Assembly (NCBI GenBank): GCA_963817895.1 | Contig: CAWFQB010000014.1 | Coordinates: 288,001-352,000, forward strand | Reading direction: 5' to 3' | DNA: 64,000 nucleotides | Origin: an uncultured Chthonomonadaceae bacterium | Lineage (GTDB): Bacteria > Armatimonadota > Chthonomonadetes > Chthonomonadales > Chthonomonadaceae | In this document: positions 55,610 through 64,000 of the stretch, one piece after another | How positions within the stretch are numbered: position 1 is the stretch's first letter | Layout of the letters: every line of letters starts with the position of its first letter | Position numbers and translations under genes: made by a program | The notes under the pieces: generated by a model | The model's database searches: none | What the model was told of the DNA's origin: nothing | What the model saw: only the letters and a program-made list of their open reading frames with translations

Positions 55610-57270
55610 CGTTCGCCCTCCGCGCCGACAACGCGCCCGTCAATGCGGAAACAGGATAAGACAAAATACTGCGACACGACGGACGCGAGATAGTTGGCGA
55701 CATCAGACAACAGCCATGGCGCAGTGCCGCTTGCTGCCGGAGTTGGCGCGAAAGCCAGATGCAGGCTCTGAAGCAGGGGCACAAAACCTGCCGTCAGGCC
55801 ATCGCGCGACAATTCAAACCCGTCTTCGTTGCCCAGAATCGAAGGCCACAGGTAAGATTTCCAGTGTTCCGCCGCGCCGCTCGGCTCCTGGGCAATGCCC
55901 CGGCTCGCGCTTTGCAGGCGCAGCCACTGGCCGAACGCGCCCTGACTGCGCTGCCGAACAATCTCCATCAGGTCGCCTTCGGTAAGCAGGGGCGGGCGCA
56001 ATGTACTCTGATACCACGCGGTTCGCGCCCATTCCGCCCGGTCTTCGGGGCCGCCCACGCTCAGGCCGCCAATGGCAGGCAGGGGAACGGTAAAGCGGGC
56101 ATTGGCGCGTTCCAGTCGGGCGGGGGTATCGCTTCCATCCTCGCGCTCCTGCCCGAAAGAATCGTGGTACAGCTTGACGCGGGCGATACTGGCATTGCCC
56201 TGCGCGAAGCGCACCTCTACATCGTCGTACTTCGCGCGGGGGTCATGGCTCGGCAATCGCTGCATGGACGCGGGAACAACGCTGTTGTCATTGTAGGTAA
56301 CGGCGGCGAAAATGTTGGGCAGTCCGCTCAGACGCAGCCCGTATTCCTGACCGATTCGGGGAAACGGCGCGGGAATGATGCTGTCGACAACAGCAGTCTG
56401 CGCGAGGGGAATGGGGTTCAGCAGCAAACGGGAACTGTCAGGAAGGGCGGCAAACTCCTGCGCGGCGCGGCGAACGGCAGGCGTGGCAAGAGGCAGGCGC
56501 GCGGTGAAGCGCAGGCCGTCCGTTGCGGACGGCGCGCTCGGAACAGGCGGCGTGTCCCTGCGGTCGGCTCCCCCATCGCTTTGCAGACAAATAATTTTAC
56601 GGGCATAAGGATGGCAGGGCGGCAGCCAAAAATCCAATTGCCGCTGATTAAGGCGAGCGGTCTGCATTTCGCGCTCAAAAGCGAGAAACCCCTCATAGCG
56701 TGTCAGGCGGGCGGGGCGGTTTTCCCCGGTTCCAATCTGTACCCACCAGTTCGCGCTTTGCAGGACGCCGAGGAGGGATTCGTTTCCGGCAACAAAAGCG
56801 AGTTGCCCGCGCTCTAACAGAGAAACAGAATTGGATTGACTGCTCAGAAGCGTAATATCCAGCGTCACTATCGCCTCGCGCTCCTGAATTTGCATGGATA
56901 GTGACTGCAACTGCGTGGGGTGCAGCCAGCCGTCGCCACAGGCCATCCACGGGCGCTTGCCGACCTCGGTAAAGGCGGTTCCGAAAGGAACATCGGTGGC
57001 GCGTTCCACAGGAGATTGGGGAACAGCAAGAGTTTGCGCGGGGAAATTCCAGTTTCCGAGGGGGAAGAACTGCTCCTGCAGGCGGGCGATAGCGGCATTC
57101 TCGCCCATCGCGTAGTGTGTTTGCACCGCGTTTTTCCATCCGGCAAGCATCGCGAGAAAAGGGGCGTAATGCGTGTCGTAATCGGCGAGGACGCGCTGCC
57201 GCATGTCACGGGGCATGTACGCGAGTATGTCGCGGACGTTTTCAGGTACTTCGCTCTCATCAAACGCCAT
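55606..57270 (-). CDS. tssF: TssF-like T6SS baseplate subunit (divergent)
   Basis: ARLQEQFFPLGNWNFPAQTLA...VPFGTAF, LLNPIPLAQ (cf. LNCxPxxN), LRPPLLTEGDL (cf. RIVTxxD); 554 aa. Confidence 0.55.
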   Translation of the reverse strand: MAFDESEVPENVRDILAYMPRDMRQRVLADYDTHYAPFLAMLAGWKNAVQTHYAMGENAAIARLQEQFFPLGNWNFPAQTLAVPQSPVERATDVPFGTAFTEVGKRPWMACGDGWLHPTQLQSLSMQIQEREAIVTLDITLLSSQSNSVSLLERGQLAFVAGNESLLGVLQSANWWVQIGTGENRPARLTRYEGFLAFEREMQTARLNQRQLDFWLPPCHPYARKIICLQSDGGADRRDTPPVPSAPSATDGLRFTARLPLATPAVRRAAQEFAALPDSSRLLLNPIPLAQTAVVDSIIPAPFPRIGQEYGLRLSGLPNIFAAVTYNDNSVVPASMQRLPSHDPRAKYDDVEVRFAQGNASIARVKLYHDSFGQEREDGSDTPARLERANARFTVPLPAIGGLSVGGPEDRAEWARTAWYQSTLRPPLLTEGDLMEIVRQRSQGAFGQWLRLQSASRGIAQEPSGAAEHWKSYLWPSILGNEDGFELSRDGLTAGFVPLLQSLHLAFAPTPAASGTAPWLLSDVANYLASVVSQYFVLSCFRIDGRVVGAEGER

Positions 57271-57331
57271 CCGCGTATTCTCCTACTCCCCTGCTCCTTA
57301 ATAACCTGATAATCTATTAACCCATCCGCTC

Positions 57332-57991
57332 CTATCTATTCTCCAGCCACTGCTTCACTTCCTGCCGGGATTGCGCTTCAGGACTCTGCTCATTCATCAG
57401 AATGGTATCCGTCACCTCTTTTAGCGTGATGCCCTGCGCGTTGGCGGCAGCCGGGTTTGCGCCCCGTTTCAGCAGCATTTGAACTGTTGAGAATTGGCGC
57501 AAAATCGCCATTTTGAGCAGCAGCGTGTTGCCGTTCGCGTCCCTTGCTTCGATGTCTGCGCCATGTTTGAGCAGCAGTTCAATATTTTCGCGGCGCAGTT
57601 CGTTTGCCGCAATAAATACAATCGGTTCTCCTTCCGGCCCCTTGCCGTTGGGATTGCCTCCGTTCTCCAGTAAAATTTGCAGCAGTTCCGGGTCGTCCGC
57701 GCCTGCCCCCAGAGCAACGGGAGATTTTCCCGCTTCCGCGTTCCAGTTCGGGTCGGCTCCCCGTTGCAGCAGCAGGCGCATCCACTCTTTTCGGCGGTAT
57801 ACCATGGCGACAATGAGCGGCGGAGCGCCTTCCGAACCGGGAGCGTTGGGGTCAACGCCCGTGTTCAGCAATGCCTGCGCATTCTGCGAATGGTCTTCTG
57901 CAATAGCGGCAATCAGTTGTTCCGTGGCGGCGTTGCCCACAGTGGGCACAGCCACTTGAAAGGCTGAATTAAGGGGCGTATTCGAGGACAT
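57332..57991 (-). CDS. Ankyrin-repeat protein, probable lipase immunity/accessory protein
   Basis: ATG overlaps the lipase TGA at 57991; repeats GVDPNA, LLLQRGADPN, LLENGGNPN, LLKHGADIEARDANGNT. Confidence 0.8.
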   Translation of the reverse strand: MSSNTPLNSAFQVAVPTVGNAATEQLIAAIAEDHSQNAQALLNTGVDPNAPGSEGAPPLIVAMVYRRKEWMRLLLQRGADPNWNAEAGKSPVALGAGADDPELLQILLENGGNPNGKGPEGEPIVFIAANELRRENIELLLKHGADIEARDANGNTLLLKMAILRQFSTVQMLLKRGANPAAANAQGITLKEVTDTILMNEQSPEAQSRQEVKQWLENR

Positions 57992-58882
57992 CAGAAGCAA
58001 CCTCCTCCCAAAAGTTCCTGTTGGCGTTGATAATCCAGCGCACTTGTAACCGAACCCATTTTGTGCAGAGTGCCAGGATTGCTGGAAAGCGGCTCCCCGT
58101 TCGCGCTTCGCGCGGCAAGGTCTACCTGACAGCCGAGCGCGGCGGGGATGCCGGAGCCGACGGCAGCGCCGATTCTGGCTCCCACTCCCGCGCCGCTGCC
58201 GCCACTCGCGATAGCCCCGATAACTCCGCCGGCGGCCCCCAGGTAGGCGGCAGGGTGTTTCTGGAAACCGGTCAGGACTTCGCCCTCCACACGGTAGTTG
58301 GTAATCAGGTTGTTCAAATTGGACGTGTCCAGATTCATGCGGGCGAGTGTTGCGGGGTTTACGCCCGCCGCATTGAACGTCGTGGTAGGCACATGCAGAA
58401 CCGCCGCGCCCACGCCTGCGAGTTCCTCCGCCCAGCGAGTGTCCCGTCACCACAATATTGTCGTTGGGAAACTGGCGCTTCACCTCATACGCCGCTTCCG
58501 CCGCCTGATTGTACTGCGCGGTTTCAAACCCCAACCCCTGCTTTGCGTTAGCCCACCAGTCTTTAGCGCTGGTCACTTCGGTTCCCCGGTAAGCAAGCAC
58601 AATGTTGCCGGTACGCAGATCACGATATGTAGCCGCGAAAAATCCGCTGTCCGGGTGGTTAAAATTGGGCAGAACTCGTTCCGAATCAGGGGGATGGCCG
58701 GTGTCATTATACGCGGCGGTCGAAAATTCGGCCATGCGCTGCGCGGTTGCGGTATCGGTAGGACACTTACTTTTTGAGTTCGCGCCTCCTGCGCCCGCCG
58801 CAGCAACTGCGCCCTGAGCGTGCTGCGCGATAATAGGAAGCAAATCTTCAACAAAGCGATTTCGGTTTAGCAGGGAAGCCAT
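57991..58882 (-). CDS. Lipase class 3 / DUF2974-like phospholipase effector (one frameshift)
   Basis: SGFFAATY, VLAYRGTE, DWWANAKQGLG, VTGHSLGGG, then TFNAAG and GTLHKM in the frame of ORF 57991-58413. Confidence 0.82.
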
Positions 58883-58937
58883 AACTTCACAACCCCTTCA
58901 CTTTCTACAGCGTTCAAGCAACCCATCGTAAGGATAT

Positions 58938-60230
58938 TTATGTTTGCACCCTATTTACGCTAATAAATAAGATTCGTTTGCAACGGTGTGTCCGGCAGGC
59001 TGATAGTTGTATACCTCTTAATTTTACTTCCGGCACAGAGTAGAAGCCGCTGTACGCCGCCGCTTTCTTGCCGCCGTCATGCCCACCCCCATACGGCGTC
59101 ACCTGATGCAGCCATGCCCGTTCGCCAGAGGGCTGCGGGTCCAGATGTTCCCACTCGAACTCCACCTGAATACGTCCCTGTTGCAGCGGGTCATGCTCAT
59201 TCGCCGTGACATGCCCCCACACCGCCCGGCTCGGCCACTCAGGTCGTTCTTTGTGCGGCGGCAAGGGCAGGGTCAAGGGTTGCAGCCACAACTCCTGCGT
59301 TCCCGTCGTTTGTTCCGGATGTCCCACAATGCGCGTCTGGTAGATGAGATGCTGCTGCCCCTCAAAAGAAACCACCTGCCCCGGTTGAAACGGCAACACC
59401 ATGCCTTCCAGACGCAAATAGTAGCCGCTGATGTCGTTATGCCCTTTGGTGTGACTCACGTTGCTGGTAATATCAGGACGCTCGGGAGCCTGCATGTAGT
59501 CTGCTGTGGCGCGGCTGAGTTGCCCAAGATGCTGACTGGCCTGCTGACGCGCCTGAGCCGTGGGGCCGCTGCCGCCGCTCGGAGGTTCGGGCAGAGTATG
59601 CAGACTGCCGCCGAAACTCACTTCCGCCCACCCGAAGTTGATGTCGGGGAACGTTTCACTCGCTTCCTGTCCTCTGGCTCCTAACTGCACATCCCCGGTT
59701 CTGTCCACAACCGCGACAGGAACGCTCCACGCATGGCACATTCTTGCGAGGTACTGGTAGTCGGTTTCGAGGTACTGCAAACTCAGGGGAATGGGCTTGG
59801 CAAGATCGCCCGCGTTGACGATCTTGAAGCGCGGCTCGGTTTTGGCAACCTGCTGCGCGATGTCGAGGAGGGTTGTGGCCTGAAACGCTCTGTGCCGCGG
59901 CACAAGATCGGTGCGCTTGCTGTAACTCACTCACGAGAGTGTCAGGCGCGAACTGTTGGCGTCGCGCTGTCCCGATGTGTTCTCCACGTATCCGTGAAAG
60001 CAGTTGAGCGCTTCGACGAGATCGTTGTCTTTCCAGTTCACATCAACGGGGCAGTTGAGCGCTTTGCCCGCAAACAGGGCGGTCGGACGCTCGCCATAGT
60101 GGTTGTGTTCCTGCCAGCGCCACGTCAGATGGGCGCGCGTATGCTCGTACAGATGGCGTTCCACCACCATCTCACTGAGAAACTATTTGGTATAATTTTT
60201 CAGTTTTGTTACCGATACGGTGGCTGTGTA
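58938..60230 (-). pseudogene. vgrG: VgrG/phage late-control D-like spike protein with in-frame stops, truncated inside the gp5 OB-fold
   Basis: FHGYV, RHRAFQ, LQYLETDYQYLARM, GHVTANEHDPLQQGRIQVEF, AWLHQVTPYGG, GFYSVPEV; TAG at 60183-60185 and TGA at 59931-59933 in frame. Confidence 0.8.
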
Positions 60231-61252
60231 TCAGAAACGTTTTCTGATTGAACAGCATTCTGTAGTGTGCTTTGATAGATTTGCGCAGTGGCGGCGAATG
60301 TAGCGGCGCGATCTGTGCCGTTGACAACACGGCGGGCATTAGCAAAGTCTGTTGCAGTATCATTGACGTAATCGGGCAAGGCGCGTCCGGTAAACGTACC
60401 CTGCATCATACCCTGTGCCAGAATACGCGCGGCTGTCTGAGGATTAGTTGCTTGCTCGGGATGGGCGACAAGATTGATGGCTGCGTTATCGGGTTGCAAA
60501 CGGTTTGTCCAGTCTTGATAGTTGTTGCGGCCTGTAACCTGCACATACCCGCGTCCACGAAAATCATAGCCGTCGCTAGTACCCGCCTGATTGCCCAAGT
60601 CTGCATGTCGGGGCATATTGTAGCGAGAATCGAAGTAGTCCTGCGGTGTCTGGCTCTGCGCGAGGTGCCAGGGAACTTCCTCCAGCGCGGGATACTCTAT
60701 GCCATGCCAAGTGTGAGGAGAACCAAAATCCGATTCATGCTGTGCGGTTGCGAGCATGTAAGCTGTTTGCGGCAAGTTCGCGTTCTGCTGCGCTGCGGCC
60801 TGCAAAATCGCAGGAACGGCCGTTTGCGCGTAAGGGCGGAGGTTGGCAGGCACAGCCTGTACTATCACATCGGCAAACCGAGTGAAGTTATTGGCCGCCC
60901 GCTGCACAGCCTGTCCTCCTATCTGCGCCGCGCCTTGTGCGATAGGCCCTGCAAAGCCAGGTGTAGCTCCCGGCAGACCTTGCGTGGACTCAGCTAAAAT
61001 AGGTCCCGCAAATCCGGGCGTAGCTCCCGAAAGCCCACTTGATTGCGCTGATTGGAACGGAGGCGTCATTCCCGTTGTTCCCTGGCCTGTCATCTGCGCA
61101 ATGCTGCCGATAGCCGTCTGTACTGCTGTCTGCGCAACACTGCCGCCGGGAAGCAAGTGAGATACCGCCTGATTTGCTTCCTGCGTGGTAATAGAAAGAA
61201 CCTCTTCTACGAAGCGGTCCCGTTTTAGTGGTTCGGAAGGATTAGGGGACAT
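60209..61252 (-). CDS. GH19/lysozyme-like protein with long N-terminal extension (candidate effector)
   Basis: AYMLATAQHES, FRGRGYVQVTGRNNY, NLVAHPEQA, GTFTG, ARRVVNGTDRA. Confidence 0.8.
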   Translation of the reverse strand: MSPNPSEPLKRDRFVEEVLSITTQEANQAVSHLLPGGSVAQTAVQTAIGSIAQMTGQGTTGMTPPFQSAQSSGLSGATPGFAGPILAESTQGLPGATPGFAGPIAQGAAQIGGQAVQRAANNFTRFADVIVQAVPANLRPYAQTAVPAILQAAAQQNANLPQTAYMLATAQHESDFGSPHTWHGIEYPALEEVPWHLAQSQTPQDYFDSRYNMPRHADLGNQAGTSDGYDFRGRGYVQVTGRNNYQDWTNRLQPDNAAINLVAHPEQATNPQTAARILAQGMMQGTFTGRALPDYVNDTATDFANARRVVNGTDRAATFAATAQIYQSTLQNAVQSENVSDTQPPYR

Positions 61253-61409
61253 TTTGAAAAACGTAGCTCCTTGTTTCAGCGATGAAAGCGCAAACTATAC
61301 AGTAGTTGCTGAAAGGTAAACTTATACTTGCTTTGCAGTTCTTCCAGTGTCGTGATCGTAATTACTCGACCCGGTGTGGCTGAAAAAGCCGATTATACGA
61401 CGATGTCAA

Positions 61410-61595
61410 CTACTTGTTCCAAGTACGACAGTGGAGACAAGGGTTTGATAATTTCAGACGTAACTTTTCACACACCGGACAGGCATAACGAAGTTCCTGT
61501 TCATATTCTGCTGGCGATATTTCGAAATGCGCATCCCACGTTGTATCTTCTGCACAATGCGGGCATAAAATCGTTTCCGTTAAAATGTGTCCCAT
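61410..61595 (-). CDS. Small Cys-rich (zinc-ribbon-like) hypothetical protein
   Basis: Three CxxC motifs (CPHC, CPVC, CLHC) in 61 aa. Confidence 0.4.
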   Translation of the reverse strand: MGHILTETILCPHCAEDTTWDAHFEISPAEYEQELRYACPVCEKLRLKLSNPCLHCRTWNK

Positions 61596-61722
61596 GATGT
61601 CCCTTTGTATTGTTCACGTAACTCGTGATGTCGGGACGCTCGGGAGACTGACGGGTGACGACATTTATGGAAATGTCGTCATCGTCAGTTTCCACTCAAG
61701 GTGCTTCTATTTCGTGATAAAC

Positions 61723-62208
61723 TCAAGAGCGGCGGAAGGAAAAGGAGTAGAGTATCTGTTCAAATATGAAAGCGTACTTCTCCTGTATGCTCTCCAGCGT
61801 TGTTGCAGTAATTATCAGTCCTGTGCGAGAAGATTCACCTGTCGCTGAATCGCTTGGCAAGGGACAAATTATATACGCCTGACGTTGCCGCATGACCTGA
61901 CGATCCGACTTCCAATTGTATTCCGCAGTGACAACACCAACTCCATCCACTATTGTTTCGCCACGTAGTATTAACCGATAGCCCGGTAGCTTTTGCGATA
62001 ATACTTGCAGCCCTTTACTGGCAAAGCCTTGCGCAGACTCATCTATGCCTACATTTTCACGACTGACGACAAAACTAAATTCCGGCGGCACCTGACTCTT
62101 GGGAGCCATAACTGCTTCCAAGTTTGCTATAGCAAAGATGTTGACGCTTTGATCTTGAGATTGGTAAGGAAGCACAAACTCGGCTTCGTTAATACGGTAC
62201 AAGTTCAT
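61723..62208 (-). CDS. DUF1795/DcrB-like (EagR-type) effector adaptor
   Basis: YRINEAEFVLP...DQSVNIF, FSFVVSRE, YNWK...MRQRQA, LIITAT, ILYSFSFR. Confidence 0.75.
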   Translation of the reverse strand: MNLYRINEAEFVLPYQSQDQSVNIFAIANLEAVMAPKSQVPPEFSFVVSRENVGIDESAQGFASKGLQVLSQKLPGYRLILRGETIVDGVGVVTAEYNWKSDRQVMRQRQAYIICPLPSDSATGESSRTGLIITATTLESIQEKYAFIFEQILYSFSFRRS

Positions 62209-62318
62209 TAGTCTCTCCTATGCAGGATGTGAGCGTAACCGAATTGTGACTACGGCACTTCTGTAAACAGATGCGCTATACGTAGGCAAAAGAACTCTGC
62301 ATACAAATCGAGCAATCT

Positions 62319-63299
62319 TTACTGTTGAGCACCTGCCGTACGCAGTAGAAGAACCATATCCTGAAAGCCTGCTGCCACCGCCAGAGTCAGGGCTGTATCA
62401 TTCCCATTGTCAACAGCATTCACCCGCGCACCCTGGTTCATTAATAGGCGAGCCATTTCCTGGTAGTCGAAAGTGACCGCCCACATCAGAGGCGTCCACC
62501 CATCTTTGTCGCGAACATTCACGTTCACGCCGGCGTTCAGCAATTCTTGAACGTTTTCAATCTGATTGCCCATCACGGCCTTAATCAGTTTTTCAACGTC
62601 AGGAGATAAAGCATGCAAAGGCGCGGCCACATTCGCAAAGAGGATTTCCGCTGCTTCCTGCGGTAAGAAATAGGCGTAATCCGCTATCGCGCTCACCCAG
62701 TTTTGAGAGTGGGATTGCTCCGGCGCTTGTGTCCTCGAAAGTGAGGGTTCGCGTGACCGAAGCGCCCCATTTTGCACAGCCACCGGATAGAGCAGGTAAG
62801 GCTCAACATGCAGTTCCTGCGCCAGCAGTAGCAGGGGATAGGATTGCTTCTGAAAAATGGATTCTTGTACGGATTTACCAAGTTCCGGCGTGTCAGCAAA
62901 ATTAAGATTATAATCGTGTCGTATGGCAATCAAGTAGCCGCCATTGCAAGAAACCGATTGATAAAGCTCATTGTCAGTAACTGTTTGCGTCCAGCCATCC
63001 TTGCCAATCAAGCGCGTCTCTTTTGTGCGATCATGGCGATACATAATATAAGTATCATTCTCGAACAGCATGGGACTGCGTTTGACTCGCGCTTCGTGCC
63101 TCGCCATGCATTGCGCCCAAAAACCGCCATAGGGAGACTGGATCAGGCAACGCAGATGGCAATTTCCGAACGCGCGGCGCGTAATCACCTGACGGGCTTC
63201 CGGCGTATTGTTGTCAATCAGGTAAGTATCCATAACGGCATCCTGACCAACCAATCCTAACACCACATTGCCACAGAGAAAGCACAGCGTTTCTTGCAC
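62319..63299 (-). CDS. Hypothetical protein with C-terminal ankyrin repeats (possible immunity protein)
   Basis: LLNAGVNVNVRDKDGWTPLMWAV, GARVNAVDNGNDTALTLA; Cys/His-rich N-terminus (CFLC, CHLRC). Confidence 0.7.
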   Translation of the reverse strand: MQETLCFLCGNVVLGLVGQDAVMDTYLIDNNTPEARQVITRRAFGNCHLRCLIQSPYGGFWAQCMARHEARVKRSPMLFENDTYIMYRHDRTKETRLIGKDGWTQTVTDNELYQSVSCNGGYLIAIRHDYNLNFADTPELGKSVQESIFQKQSYPLLLLAQELHVEPYLLYPVAVQNGALRSREPSLSRTQAPEQSHSQNWVSAIADYAYFLPQEAAEILFANVAAPLHALSPDVEKLIKAVMGNQIENVQELLNAGVNVNVRDKDGWTPLMWAVTFDYQEMARLLMNQGARVNAVDNGNDTALTLAVAAGFQDMVLLLRTAGAQQ

Positions 63300-63343
63300 T
63301 TGAAATTTACCTCCATCGGACGCATTACGTTCCGCAGAAAATC

Positions 63344-63829
63344 CTATGGTTCGGTACGCAGCATCTTTAAGAACTCTATGAAGTTACTTGCAACGGGAAT
63401 CATGGAGGGCTGGCCTTCCTGTGACCCTTCATGATTCCACACGACTACGCGTGGCACGGCCTCTCCACCAGATTGATCAAAGCAGAGCATATCGCCCGCG
63501 AACAGCTCTGCGAACGGAACTTGACTGTCTAGGAGACGATCAAATATTTGTGACAGAACGACACCTACATCATAACCCTTATGACTCGGGTCTGCGCTGA
63601 GATTATCAATCATGCACAGAAAGCGTGTGATCACCTTTGTGTTTCCAGGCATGTCGAAGTACCGCTTTCGTGGCTTGCCGCCATTGCATCGCTGTAGGTG
63701 TGTCAAATAAGCAGGTTCGTACCGGATGCCATACATCTTTTCGGTGGAAGAAAAGATGCGCATAGATACCGGCCCGGCGCAACTGCCGTCTTCGTATTCT
63801 ATATCCACATAATCGTCAGCGTATGTCAT
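63344..63829 (-). CDS. SMI1/KNR4 (SUKH) family immunity protein
   Basis: ATG after AAGGA; YLTHLQRCNGG, VPFAELFAGDMLCFD, PRVVVWNHE, VASNFIEFL. Confidence 0.85.
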   Translation of the reverse strand: MTYADDYVDIEYEDGSCAGPVSMRIFSSTEKMYGIRYEPAYLTHLQRCNGGKPRKRYFDMPGNTKVITRFLCMIDNLSADPSHKGYDVGVVLSQIFDRLLDSQVPFAELFAGDMLCFDQSGGEAVPRVVVWNHEGSQEGQPSMIPVASNFIEFLKMLRTEP

Positions 63830-63875
63830 GCGTTTTCCTTTTCTAGGCACTCCCTCTAGTTCCCCCTGCTGCTCT

Positions 63876-64000
63876 CTATCTTGGTCCTTCAGCCCAATTG
63901 CCTTCTTTTCTGCCGCCATCATGGTTGTAGATGCGGTGAGTACCATATGGAACTTGCTGCATTGTGCCGTCTGGTCGGCCTTGCCCTGCCGGACCATGAT
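63876..64000 (-). CDS. C-terminus of a WHH-type HNH nuclease toxin (partial)
   Basis: Not in ORF track; reads (H)HGPAGQGRPDGTMQQVPYGTHRIYNHDGGRKEGNWAEGPR*, matching WHH...GTMQLVP...H...H.GG...W. Confidence 0.75.
   Translation of the reverse strand, partial: HGPAGQGRPDGTMQQVPYGTHRIYNHDGGRKEGNWAEGPR

Noticed and set aside
52601..61252. Prophage tail module
   Set aside because: No capsid, terminase, portal, tape measure or integrase; the DUF1795 adaptor, immunity genes and a TssK-like gene fit a secretion system better.
1..64000. tRNA, rRNA, transposase or integrase genes
   Set aside because: None recognised by inspection.

Overview
Bacterial chromosomal window, most likely Armatimonadota (Chthonomonadaceae-like). 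This is inferred from the prepilin '[36 protein letters not shown]'/H-X9-DG proteins, the PSD1-cytochrome/DUF1501 pair and DUF6785-type membrane proteins. Many genes, including pnp, are split by 1-bp frameshifts, which points to uncorrected long-read indels rather than real decay. About 1-48.6 kb is mostly housekeeping and metabolic: tricorn and M42 peptidases, rpsO-pnp, maf, clpS, nagA, rsmA, ppk1, ilvA and transporters. It also holds an unusual SDR / ferritin-like-DUF362 / FAD oxidoreductase / hydrolase operon and several families of REP/MITE-like intergenic hairpins. About 48.7-64 kb (minus strand) is a very divergent type VI secretion-like (contractile injection) locus: TssK-, TssG- and TssF-like baseplate genes, a broken vgrG plus a relic of a second one, a DUF1795 adaptor, lipase/ankyrin and WHH-nuclease/SMI1-KNR4 toxin-immunity pairs, a GH19-like lysozyme, and a large unknown single-pass membrane protein where TssJLM would be expected. 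The two complete candidate effectors share an unrecognised N-terminal leader (LxRxRFVE[DE]xLxIxxQxAxxAV), a candidate new cargo-targeting signal. All family calls come from motif recognition by eye; no searches were run.
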